32,000 nucleotides of DNA from Candidatus Thorarchaeota archaeon. Its GTDB lineage: Archaea > Asgardarchaeota > Thorarchaeia > Thorarchaeales > Thorarchaeaceae. The first letter of the stretch is position 1; each line of letters starts with the position of its first letter. Shown here piece after piece: positions 16,330-25,232 of the stretch. Below the pieces are notes generated by a model that made no database searches, was not told the DNA's origin, and was given only the letters and a program-made list of their open reading frames with translations. The position numbers were made by a program, and so were the translations under genes. The stretch lies in NCBI GenBank assembly GCA_003345555.1, contig PRDJ01000061.1:1-32000 (forward strand), read 5' to 3'.

Positions 16330-16938
16330 CTACTGTGCTACTGGTTCGTATCGCCTTCCAAGGACAATCGCAATCACAATCACAAGTACTACAGCGAAGA
16401 TGCCTAGTACTAACGACGCTTGAGCATAGGAACCGAGGTAGAAGTAGGTGTACTCCAGTCCGAACTTGATCGCAGCCATGACGGCTCCCAGAAAGAGCGA
16501 CACGAGCATGAATCGAGCCGTCATCTCCTTCACCTTGCCCTTCTCTCCGCCTTTCATGATGGTTTCCCTGAAAATCAGGAAGACGAACAGGAACACATAG
16601 GCTATCACTATCATCGAACCAACGCCATATATGCTGCTCTGGAATGATATGCCCAGATCCAGGATTCCGTAGATGAGAATCGTGGCGATTGCCATGAGGA
16701 ACACAAACATGTTGCTAATCAGTTTGTCATCCGGATGAACAAACCCGGTCACCTCGGTGAAGGTGTTAACGATGCTCATGATGATGACAATCACGGAAAG
16801 CGCGGCGCCGACCAGCCATGCATAGTTCGGGTATTGAGAGGTGGATGTCTCAGGCAGGTACTTGAAAATCACGGCGAAAGCCAGAACTGCCAAACCAATC
16901 CCTGAAAGCACATTGCTAACGGTTGTTACTCTGACCAT
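16330..16938 (-). CDS. Hypothetical 6-TM membrane protein
   Basis: Six hydrophobic segments; GGAG upstream of ATG. Confidence 0.8.
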   Translation of the reverse strand: MVRVTTVSNVLSGIGLAVLAFAVIFKYLPETSTSQYPNYAWLVGAALSVIVIIMSIVNTFTEVTGFVHPDDKLISNMFVFLMAIATILIYGILDLGISFQSSIYGVGSMIVIAYVFLFVFLIFRETIMKGGEKGKVKEMTARFMLVSLFLGAVMAAIKFGLEYTYFYLGSYAQASLVLGIFAVVLVIVIAIVLGRRYEPVAQ

Positions 16939-16990
16939 TCTTGAGTCTCCCCAGCAGGGTTTATCTAATCAACCGTGTGGTGGTTGCTAA

Positions 16991-18226
16991 TTAACTCTTG
17001 CTAGGCCATAGCTGATTGTCGGCTATAGTCTCTCGTGTACGAGGTTCGGACATGAAATATGTGCCGACGATGGCGATGGCTATGAACGAAGCTACAAGAA
17101 TCGCAAGACCAAGAATACCGTACGTGGCGTATGCGAACCCACCACTTGCAGGACCGATTATCATACCCGTGCCAAAGAAGATGCTGTAAACTCCCATCGT
17201 GGTGCCTCGGGCGTCTCGCTCGGAAACATCAGTCAGGTACGCCATTGCTGCAGGCGGAAAGGCTCCAGCAACAAAACCTAGAGCAGGAAGAATGGGCCAT
17301 ACCGCCCAGAGAGCGGTGATATCTGCAGAATTGGACACCAAGAGGTACGCTAGCATGCCGAACCCGAGGAGCCCAACAATGATGAACGGTCGTCGCTTCA
17401 TGTAGTGATCAGACAAATGGCTCATAGTAATGATACCGATTACAAGGGAACCGCCGAGCATTCCGAACAAGATGAGCAAATCCGTGGCGGCCAAGGACTT
17501 GAATTCCTCTTCGAGGATTCTCTCCGAGTAGCCTATGAAAATGCCGTACATTGATATAATCGGCACATATACGGGCACGAGCTTCTGTATTCTCTTATCA
17601 CCGGCCACCTTTCTTATGAGACCAGTAATGCTCATCTCTACGTGAGTATCGGTTCGCGTCTCTTTGATTAGTGCCAGTGCTCCTAAACCTGCGAAGGCGG
17701 CGGCAAGAGCGGCCGCAACCAAGATGTTGAATGCAGTCCATCCGAACTGCAGTAGAAGAATACCGAGACTGAAGCCTCCTGCAAGACCGAAGAGTGTGGA
17801 CAAGTCATAGTAACCCATCAATCGGGCACGATTGGTCACAGATGACATATCAGCTACCATTGACAGCGTTGTCGAAACCTGAGACGCTGCACCGAGACCA
17901 AACACGGCTGAGAAGAATAGCAGAACAAGCACACTATTGGCAACAGCAAAAAGCAGCGCTGACAATGACGTGATAAAGAGACTGGCAACGAATATCGGTT
18001 TCCGACCGATTTTGTCGCTGTAGGAGCCGAAGAAAGAAACAGATGTCAGCTCCGCAATCGGGTAGACGAGCAGCACTGCTGCTATCTCTAACGTCTGTAG
18101 TCCGCCGCCCATGTACGAAGTGCTTTGAATAACCGCGATGCTAATATAGAATGAGGCGCGCATGATCATGGTCACGCCATACATGGCCATGATGTTCCAA
18201 AAGTGCCCCGACGCTCTGAGTCCCAT
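16991..18226 (-). CDS. Major facilitator superfamily transporter
   Basis: MFS motif A GSYSDKIGRKP repeated in the second half (SHLSDHYMKRRP), about 12 TM, RGTTMGVY. Confidence 0.93.
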   Translation of the reverse strand: MGLRASGHFWNIMAMYGVTMIMRASFYISIAVIQSTSYMGGGLQTLEIAAVLLVYPIAELTSVSFFGSYSDKIGRKPIFVASLFITSLSALLFAVANSVLVLLFFSAVFGLGAASQVSTTLSMVADMSSVTNRARLMGYYDLSTLFGLAGGFSLGILLLQFGWTAFNILVAAALAAAFAGLGALALIKETRTDTHVEMSITGLIRKVAGDKRIQKLVPVYVPIISMYGIFIGYSERILEEEFKSLAATDLLILFGMLGGSLVIGIITMSHLSDHYMKRRPFIIVGLLGFGMLAYLLVSNSADITALWAVWPILPALGFVAGAFPPAAMAYLTDVSERDARGTTMGVYSIFFGTGMIIGPASGGFAYATYGILGLAILVASFIAIAIVGTYFMSEPRTRETIADNQLWPSKS

Positions 18227-18339
18227 TCGGCTTTCCCATTTTTCCGCTCATTATGTTCCTAGTTATAAGTTAAACAGTCTGGCTGCGGGCACCAGACTTA
18301 AATTCTGCCCAGACCGAGCGTGCAGACGGGGTTCCATGG

Positions 18340-19164
18340 ATGAATTGGTTGGCCAAGATTGTGAAGGGAAAACCCGACGAGTACGTTCATGCCAAGCTCG
18401 TGAAGTATGGCATTGGGACATATCCGGGTCCCAGGACAGTCATAGGGCTCAGCCAAGGACGAATTGCATTCAAGGCGGACTTTGATCATGAGAGGATGTT
18501 TGTAGAGGGTTACCTCAAGTTTGCACCAAGAGGCATGCACAAAGTCTCCGGTACAATTGTGACCTATACCGATCGTAAGTCGGCATTCGCAGGCCTCACT
18601 CTCCCGCTTTCGTGGACCAAGTCGAAGGGAGAAGGCGCGACTGTTTTCAAAGCCAAACTAAGCGAAGCAGCGCCCATCGAAGACCTCCGGGCGTTGCTGG
18701 AAGCGGATGACCCGACCACGTTCCTTCTGCTGTCTATGAGCCCACGTGAAGGGACAAAGCCCTGGACCATAACCACCAAATCGTCATTTCCTAAGGTGAC
18801 CTTCGCAAAGGGTGCATCAGGAAAGGCAGAAGACAGCGGGGCAGATGAAAAGGGCGAAGAGGAAGAAGAGCCGGAATCCAAGCAAAAGGACCCCACATTC
18901 TGCAAGGGTGCTTATTCGAACACACCCGAAATCCTCGAATTTGTGTTGAGTGAGGCTATACCAGATCTGATATCCGAGGTAACTCCCAAGTCGAAGAACA
19001 TTGAGATTGATCATCAGATCGTGATTGACAGGATTGTTGTTCCAGAGGACGATAAGCTACCGTTCTCCGAGAAAAGAAGGCTTGCCAGAAAGACAGGTAA
19101 GCTTGTCCGAAAGATTACAATTGACGGAAAGACTACGAACAAAGAGTACCCCTTCACAGCATAG
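18340..19164 (+). CDS. Hypothetical soluble protein with acidic low-complexity loop
   Basis: 274-aa ORF with protein-like composition, TTATAAG near 18263, DEKGEEEEEPES insert. Confidence 0.75.
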   Translation: MNWLAKIVKGKPDEYVHAKLVKYGIGTYPGPRTVIGLSQGRIAFKADFDHERMFVEGYLKFAPRGMHKVSGTIVTYTDRKSAFAGLTLPLSWTKSKGEGATVFKAKLSEAAPIEDLRALLEADDPTTFLLLSMSPREGTKPWTITTKSSFPKVTFAKGASGKAEDSGADEKGEEEEEPESKQKDPTFCKGAYSNTPEILEFVLSEAIPDLISEVTPKSKNIEIDHQIVIDRIVVPEDDKLPFSEKRRLARKTGKLVRKITIDGKTTNKEYPFTA

Positions 19165-19240
19165 GGCTTTGACTATAGAGAGGTTTAAATCAGGGTCAAG
19201 TGAGGCTCGCGGAGACGAGTGATATCCGAGGTCGCATACC

Positions 19241-19432
19241 ATGATGCAGCTTTTTGAAGGGTACCTGATATGGGTGGCATTGACCTTCATTGTCCTTTCG
19301 CTGGTTTCGTTCTCGTGGATGGTCGTACACGTCGAACATGCCCGTCACTTCTCGAAGTATAAGGTGCTGTTCGCTTTGGTTCTAGGTTCACTCCTCATGG
19401 GTTTTGGTATTCATTTCCTGCTTCTAGTGTAA
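19241..19432 (+). CDS. Small 2-TM membrane protein (63 aa)
   Basis: Two hydrophobic helices separated by HVEHARHFSKYK; GAGGT upstream; double TAA stop. Confidence 0.7.
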   Translation: MMQLFEGYLIWVALTFIVLSLVSFSWMVVHVEHARHFSKYKVLFALVLGSLLMGFGIHFLLLV

Positions 19433-19559
19433 TAATAAGCGGCGCCGATAATTGGGCGAACATATGTCTACATAATGCATATCTACAGCGCCCCTGACAA
19501 GAAACGTAGAACTTGTCAGTGCTAACCAGTCAGATTCGGAATGAAGGAGACGCCTCCTC

Positions 19560-20732
19560 TTGAGCGACCATGAAATCGAGACCCTTGCAGCAGCCAGCGG
19601 ACAGAGGCTTGTTCGGGAGTTTGCTGACAAGTACGCCAATCTGAGAGAGAGGGTCCGAAGACTGCCAATGGCGGAAGCAAAGGAAACCTCAACTCAGCTT
19701 TCGTGCCCATTGGAAGTCGCACAGGTCGCTTCCCTGGTCAACCTAGATGGTATCCTGAGCGCCAAAGAGGCAGTAGGCATAATATCAGGCGAACTGCAGC
19801 GAAGAGCAACTGTCGGAGAGGATGTTCCCAACATATCAAGCAACATCTTGGATTTCTCGTTGGTCGAAGGCAGATGGATTGAGTACATCTATGGCAGTTT
19901 CGCTAGAGAACTGGAATTGAAGACCAGAGAGCTTTCGAACCTTGAGTCCGCTGCAGAATCTGAGAATATCACTGTCGAGAAGGCACTCATTATTCTCAAT
20001 GCAAGAACTAAACTGGCCGAGGGCTTCATCATGCCAGCAATACGGGCTTGGCTCGCGGAGCATCCCAAATCCAACAGCGAGGATCTGTTGATGGCCTTCG
20101 GACCTGCTGTAACCAAGTGGAAGCCCAGTACTCTGAAGGGGAAACTACTTCAGCTTCGAAGAAGGAACCAAGCCATGTTCAGACAACTGAGGACGGCCCT
20201 TACGTCAGCTTCTGAATCGGCAACGGTGGACGCCACAATGGCCCGGATTGACAGCCTTGTGGATGGACTAGGCGCAGATATGAGCAGAATGAGTCCGAAT
20301 GTCGTAGCCCATTTTATAGTTCATATTGCTCCAAGGCCAACGGGCAGAGGAGACAAATCCCGCTATGTAGAGGTGGGGGTCAGTTCAACCCGAGGAGACA
20401 AGACCGAGCCGGACATGGCTTCCCCATTCGATTTCCTAGAGAGAGATGTCCGCCTTGCGCGACGGCGCTCAGGTGCTGACCAGACGGCATATCTCAATGA
20501 ACACATATCTCGCGTAATTCGTGTTCTGAAATATCAAGGGAATTCCATCTCAGATTGTGTAGAGAGGTGTGTACTCGAAATCCGTGAACGTCTGCATTTG
20601 CAGAATGCACCAGCCAGTGAAATCATCGAGAAGGCAAAGGCAGAGCTTGCTGACGCGCCAGCTGAACAAAGGGATGAGATTGCGACAAGAATCGTGTCTG
20701 ACTTCATCAATTCCTACGTCATTGTCGGGTGA
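19560..20732 (+). CDS. Hypothetical mainly alpha-helical protein (390 aa, TTG start)
   Basis: Long ORF; AAGGAG about 10 nt upstream of TTG; 6-nt gap to the next gene. Confidence 0.8.
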   Translation: MSDHEIETLAAASGQRLVREFADKYANLRERVRRLPMAEAKETSTQLSCPLEVAQVASLVNLDGILSAKEAVGIISGELQRRATVGEDVPNISSNILDFSLVEGRWIEYIYGSFARELELKTRELSNLESAAESENITVEKALIILNARTKLAEGFIMPAIRAWLAEHPKSNSEDLLMAFGPAVTKWKPSTLKGKLLQLRRRNQAMFRQLRTALTSASESATVDATMARIDSLVDGLGADMSRMSPNVVAHFIVHIAPRPTGRGDKSRYVEVGVSSTRGDKTEPDMASPFDFLERDVRLARRRSGADQTAYLNEHISRVIRVLKYQGNSISDCVERCVLEIRERLHLQNAPASEIIEKAKAELADAPAEQRDEIATRIVSDFINSYVIVG

Positions 20733-20738
20733 CAATCA

Positions 20739-21509
20739 ATGGAACACGGACCAATCTTCTGGCTGCTCGGCATCGAAGCATACGACTACGATGTCGGGGT
20801 CTTGCGTGGGACCGATTTGAAAGGGAAAGCCTTGATCCTCTCCCGACAGCTCTGGTCGATAATCCGAGGAGAGACGGTCATTTCCGTTCTAATTGGACCG
20901 GGAGTCTTCAAGGGAGTAGCGACTATCGGAAACCGAAGGGTCGAAATACTGGAACCGTTGCTGGCATTGATGTTTGATCCGACCCATATGCGGGCTGACG
21001 AGCCTGTACCACTTGTTGATATTATCTCTCCCGAAGTGATTGATCCGTTGGCAAGCCGCAAGACGGAAGAAATCATGACCACAATCCGTCAGCTCGTCAT
21101 TGAACGAGGTAATGTATTGGCGGCTGAACCACTCATGAAGATGAGAACGGACGCTAATGTCCCAACAACAGCATACGCAATGGATTTGCTGAAGAAGATT
21201 CATGTAGCTCACGTGTCTGGCACGCAGAGGGCCAGATTCATTCTTGCAGGCACCAACAGCCCGATGTACCGGCCTCTTGTAGATTGGTACAAGAAACGGA
21301 AATACGACGAACCCGCGCGCATCAAGGTTATGGCCATGCCTTTCAACAAATTCAGCAGTTCGGTGGACATAGAGACTATGTCTGACTGGACAATCGTAGA
21401 GAAGGCAGGCATCGATGGGAATTCCGGAATCGAGGCCATTCATGAAGAATATGAGCAGACTCTTGGTGGCTTGCGGGAAAACGAGAGCCTGTTCATATAC
21501 GAAGTTTGA
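20739..21509 (+). CDS. Hypothetical protein (N-terminus weakly EVE/PUA-like)
   Basis: 256-aa ORF whose stop overlaps the helicase TTG start (TTGA). The domain guess is pattern-based only. Confidence 0.75.
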   Translation: MEHGPIFWLLGIEAYDYDVGVLRGTDLKGKALILSRQLWSIIRGETVISVLIGPGVFKGVATIGNRRVEILEPLLALMFDPTHMRADEPVPLVDIISPEVIDPLASRKTEEIMTTIRQLVIERGNVLAAEPLMKMRTDANVPTTAYAMDLLKKIHVAHVSGTQRARFILAGTNSPMYRPLVDWYKKRKYDEPARIKVMAMPFNKFSSSVDIETMSDWTIVEKAGIDGNSGIEAIHEEYEQTLGGLRENESLFIYEV

Positions 21510-24181
21510 AAACTGAAAAGGCTCCATGCCTAGGAACCTTGTTCTGTGAGGCCACTGCAGTGGAGGTCGTAGACGCAGAGATAAAGAAGCGACTTTCTGA
21601 GCCATACGTACTCCTGCTCAGACGCGCAAGGCAGGAGATGGCTACACTAGTAGGGGTCTTCTCCGAGGTCTTGTCAGATAGACAGCGAGCATCTCTCACG
21701 GGAATGGTCGAATACGGGTACAGAGCCGCAGGCCTGCTTGAAATCAAGCGTGCATATTTCATCAGATACAACAAGCCCGTGTACTTTCAAGAGAGGGAGT
21801 TCCATGAGATACTCAGGAAAGCAAACAATATTCTCATCCCTGGCAAAGAAGTCCCGTCGTTCATAGAAGACCTACGGACCTTTCTTGCTCGCATTCAGAC
21901 AGCCCGACCAAGGATTGTCCCCGTCTGTCCAACCTGCTTGCGTGATGATCGCCTCACTGTTCTCTCTCGGAGAAACGCAGTGAAGGTGTCTGAAAGCCAA
22001 GTCTCATGTATCAGCTGCGCGCAAAGCGACCTCAAGACTGAACTCAAGAATATGGGCATCACATTGTCCCGGGCCATGGTCGTCCAGCTTGAGCGGCAAG
22101 TCTCGCGAGTCAAGTCCGTGCCGAGGCTTCTGGAGATGCTGACACCGGGTTTCGACCCGACGCGGGAAAGAGAGTTGACACTGTTTGACACTATCTCTGT
22201 CGGCGAAAGCGGCCCGGTGCAACATATATCCGCTCTACCAATTCCAGAGGAGCTTGCTCGGCTGCTTCAAGCCGAAGGCATCCAGAATCTGCTTCCTGTC
22301 CAGCAATTGGCCGTCGAATCTGGCTTGCTACGCAATGCTAGTCTCTTGGTAGTATCATCCACTTCATCAGGAAAGACGCTAATCGCGGAACTTGCAGGCA
22401 TACCGAAAGCAGTGGCGGGTGAGAGGCTGATCTATATTGCTCCTCTCGTTGCTCTCACTAACGAGAAGTATGAGCAGTTCAGAAAACGATACCGGGCGCT
22501 CGGATTGCGCACGGGGATAAGAGTGGGCATGTCTCGCCTCGATGTGGGAAACGAAGGCAGGCCAATCGTAGACACGGACATATCCAAGGCAGACATCATA
22601 TGTGCCACATACGAAGCATTGGATACGCTATTTCGCTCAGGGGAGTCTGCGCAGCTAGACAAGGTCGGTACGATAGTAGTAGACGAGATTCAGAACCTAG
22701 CAGACCCCGAGAGAGGACCTGAGCTTGACGGATTGGTGGCAAGGCTGAGATACCATGCTCCCCGCGCTCAAATCCTCTGTTTATCTGCCACTGTCGGAAC
22801 TCCAGAGAATCTGGCGAAGGAACTCAAGCTGACCTTAGTTAATCACACTGGCAGACCTGTACCATTGGAACGTCATCTGGTCTTCGCTCATAGTGAAGAA
22901 GACAAACGAGAAGTAATCCGCAGACTTGTCCTTCAGGAATTTCACAATACGAGTAGTGCGGGGTTCAAGGGGCAGTCCATCGTGTTCACCTATTCACGAC
23001 GCCGGGCACATGCCTTGAGCGATTGGCTGCGTGAGAACGGGACTTCATCCACCGTCTATCATGGAGGTCTTACTTACAGCCGCAGGCGTCACGTTGAATC
23101 AGCATACTCTAAACAGCGCTATGCATGCGTTGTCACCACCGCAGCTCTAGGAGCCGGAGTGGACTTGCCAGCATCTCAAGTCATATTCGAGTCTCTCGCG
23201 ATGGGCTCAGACTGGTTGACAAACGCTGAGTTCGAACAGATGCTCGGTCGGGCAGGTCGCCTCGGCAAACACGACAATGGGCTCGTCTACCTCCTAGTTC
23301 AGCCTGAGCGGAAATATCACAGTGGGCAAGAGAGAACAGAAGATGAAGTGGCGGTCGATCTTCTCAACGGTGTAGTGGAGAATGTTGAACCGACATCGGA
23401 TATCGAAGCCTGCGCCGAACAGATACTCGCCACAATATGCTCGACAGGGCTGATTGACTTCAAGGACGTTGCGCGTGCCTACAACGACATGCTCTCGACC
23501 ACTGTTCCCGCTTCGGAGGCGCTGAAGTATCTAGTCCGGCACCACATGATAAGAGTTCAAGACAACGGGGTCTACCCCACAGAACTGGGCAAAGCCACAT
23601 CCGTCTCTTTTCTGACTCCGAGCGAAGGGTTGGATGTTCTGAAACACATTGAAACCATGGATGTCTTGGATACAGCCATCAGGCTCGAGCCATTTGATAA
23701 TGTGTACTTGAGCGCGAAGCTGCAGGCCGAGGTAGATGCTGCATTTAAGACTCATATGCCAACTCGTCTGTTCTCAGGAGTCATGTCCGACCTCGCCGAC
23801 TTCGGCCACCAGCGGGAAAGTCACGCCAAATTCCCGGGATGGGTCTACGAAGTGTTCAGTCGGTGGATAGCAGAGATATTCAACTGCGGCTGCCGCGATT
23901 TTCCGGAATGTGACCACGGCATGATAAGGCTTGGCAGGTGGATTGTAGAACGAAGGAAGGAGGGCTTAAATCCATCTGGCATTGCCAAGCGCTTGCACGA
24001 CGATTTTGAACTCTGGGCATATCCAGGAGACTTGTTCACGTGGCTGGACTCTCTGATTCATAACCTCAAAGCAGTTCAGCGAATCGCGGCCATTGCAGGC
24101 AAGACGGACTTAGGCGTACAGATTGACAGTCAGATAGCAAGGATCGAACGTCCACTCGAACCAGTCGAAGTCAAAGAGTGA
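21506..24181 (+). CDS. Archaea-specific SF2 (Ski2-like) helicase, COG1202/DUF5814 type
   Basis: Q motif LLPVQ, Walker A STSSGKT, DEIQ, LSAT, YHGGL, TTAALGAGVDLPA, QMLGRAGR; N-terminal CPTC/CISC and C-terminal CGC...CDHG motifs. Confidence 0.92.
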   Translation: MKTEKAPCLGTLFCEATAVEVVDAEIKKRLSEPYVLLLRRARQEMATLVGVFSEVLSDRQRASLTGMVEYGYRAAGLLEIKRAYFIRYNKPVYFQEREFHEILRKANNILIPGKEVPSFIEDLRTFLARIQTARPRIVPVCPTCLRDDRLTVLSRRNAVKVSESQVSCISCAQSDLKTELKNMGITLSRAMVVQLERQVSRVKSVPRLLEMLTPGFDPTRERELTLFDTISVGESGPVQHISALPIPEELARLLQAEGIQNLLPVQQLAVESGLLRNASLLVVSSTSSGKTLIAELAGIPKAVAGERLIYIAPLVALTNEKYEQFRKRYRALGLRTGIRVGMSRLDVGNEGRPIVDTDISKADIICATYEALDTLFRSGESAQLDKVGTIVVDEIQNLADPERGPELDGLVARLRYHAPRAQILCLSATVGTPENLAKELKLTLVNHTGRPVPLERHLVFAHSEEDKREVIRRLVLQEFHNTSSAGFKGQSIVFTYSRRRAHALSDWLRENGTSSTVYHGGLTYSRRRHVESAYSKQRYACVVTTAALGAGVDLPASQVIFESLAMGSDWLTNAEFEQMLGRAGRLGKHDNGLVYLLVQPERKYHSGQERTEDEVAVDLLNGVVENVEPTSDIEACAEQILATICSTGLIDFKDVARAYNDMLSTTVPASEALKYLVRHHMIRVQDNGVYPTELGKATSVSFLTPSEGLDVLKHIETMDVLDTAIRLEPFDNVYLSAKLQAEVDAAFKTHMPTRLFSGVMSDLADFGHQRESHAKFPGWVYEVFSRWIAEIFNCGCRDFPECDHGMIRLGRWIVERRKEGLNPSGIAKRLHDDFELWAYPGDLFTWLDSLIHNLKAVQRIAAIAGKTDLGVQIDSQIARIERPLEPVEVKE

Positions 24182-24186
24182 ACGGC

Positions 24187-24453
24187 CTACCCTCTTGGAA
24201 CCTCTATAGGCTTCTCAACCTCAAGTACGACTCGAAGTCTTGATAGGTCATCAGCCGCCATGGAATCCAGATTGAGGTCAAGCCACACATGAAGGTCTCT
24301 GCGTATCACCTCCGCCTCAGATAATCTTGCCAGAGGTAGCAACGCCTCATCAGGCTTCAGCTGGAAACGTCTGCTCCCGCATTCACATGCGCCATCGAGA
24401 ACCTTGTCGATGTCAGCTGAGACTCTGCCGCACGCACTGCACTTGAATAGCAT
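24187..24453 (-). CDS. Small Zn-ribbon protein (OapC/COG3364-like N-terminus)
   Basis: FKCSACG...VLDGACECGSRRF pattern. Confidence 0.65.
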   Translation of the reverse strand: MLFKCSACGRVSADIDKVLDGACECGSRRFQLKPDEALLPLARLSEAEVIRRDLHVWLDLNLDSMAADDLSRLRVVLEVEKPIEVPRG

Positions 24454-24641
24454 CTCTATAGTCGCCAGTTGAACTGGTCATCAATTGTCTAAGAGTATTG
24501 GTAATGCACGGATATTACTGAGAACTTGCTGCAAAAAGCCTCAAACAAAGACTGATTCTTCAATGCGAGGTTTCTTTGGTGGGCCCGTCAAGGAACAGAC
24601 TTATCTGTTGCACGTGAAAACACGAACTGGGGCGTAACATC

Positions 24642-24944
24642 ATGCCAAAACCTTGTGCAATCTGCCGCGGCAAGTCTAAGATGCGCTGTGACCATTGCAG
24701 AAACGAGTTTTGCCAAGACCACGCAGTCAGATGCTCTTCCTGTGGCACCATCACATGCATCAGAGACCTTGGCCGCAAGGTTGAGTGCCCTACATGCAAG
24801 AACCCCTTGGGCATTTGCCCTGAGGACCTGCTTAACGGGAAGATAGTTCGGATGATCGCCAAAGGACGCCAATGCCCCGAATGCGGATGGACTGCTACAT
24901 CAGCACCAGCATTAGACAAATCACGAAAACTAGGAACGCTATGA
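24642..24944 (+). CDS. Cys-rich multi-zinc-finger protein (AN1/HIT/B-box-like N-terminus)
   Basis: 13 Cys arranged as regular CxxC/CxxH/CxxD pairs. The 3' end overlaps the opposite-strand gene by 50 nt. Confidence 0.75.
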   Translation: MPKPCAICRGKSKMRCDHCRNEFCQDHAVRCSSCGTITCIRDLGRKVECPTCKNPLGICPEDLLNGKIVRMIAKGRQCPECGWTATSAPALDKSRKLGTL

Positions 24945-25146
24945 TTAGCGCGATTCTCTGGGCTTTTCCACCGAAACCCCACACGATGGGCAATGGCCCA
25001 ATCAAGACAATTCCCTTGCTTTGAGGTCTCATTTCCGAATATTCAGTCCGCTCGGTCGCCATCACAATCAGGCCCGCAACAACGAGTACAATCCCCAACG
25101 CGATAATCACTAGAGCTAACAATGGGAATTGCGTGGCAGCCTGCAT
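24895..25146 (-). CDS. DUF131-family small membrane protein
   Basis: Signature GIVLIGPLPIVWG between two TM helices. Confidence 0.8.
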   Translation of the reverse strand: MQAATQFPLLALVIIALGIVLVVAGLIVMATERTEYSEMRPQSKGIVLIGPLPIVWGFGGKAQRIALIIAFLVFVICLMLVLM

Positions 25147-25232
25147 TGCTGTCGCGGTTGGATTGTCAATGTCTAGCGCAGTGCGTCCTCTCCCACCAGA
25201 GCATGGGTTATGACCCGGTGTACTATATCAGA

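Noticed and set aside
20889-21605. 238-aa minus-strand ORF
   Set aside because: Antisense to two translationally coupled plus-strand genes; no motifs.
24187-24453. Complete oapABC (Obg-associated) system
   Set aside because: Only a weak OapC-like Zn ribbon is present; no OapA GTPase or OapB is adjacent.
24560-24982. Minus-strand ORFs (140 aa and 94 aa) over the Zn-finger gene
   Set aside because: The plus-strand frame has a highly ordered Cys pattern; the antisense frames have no recognisable features.
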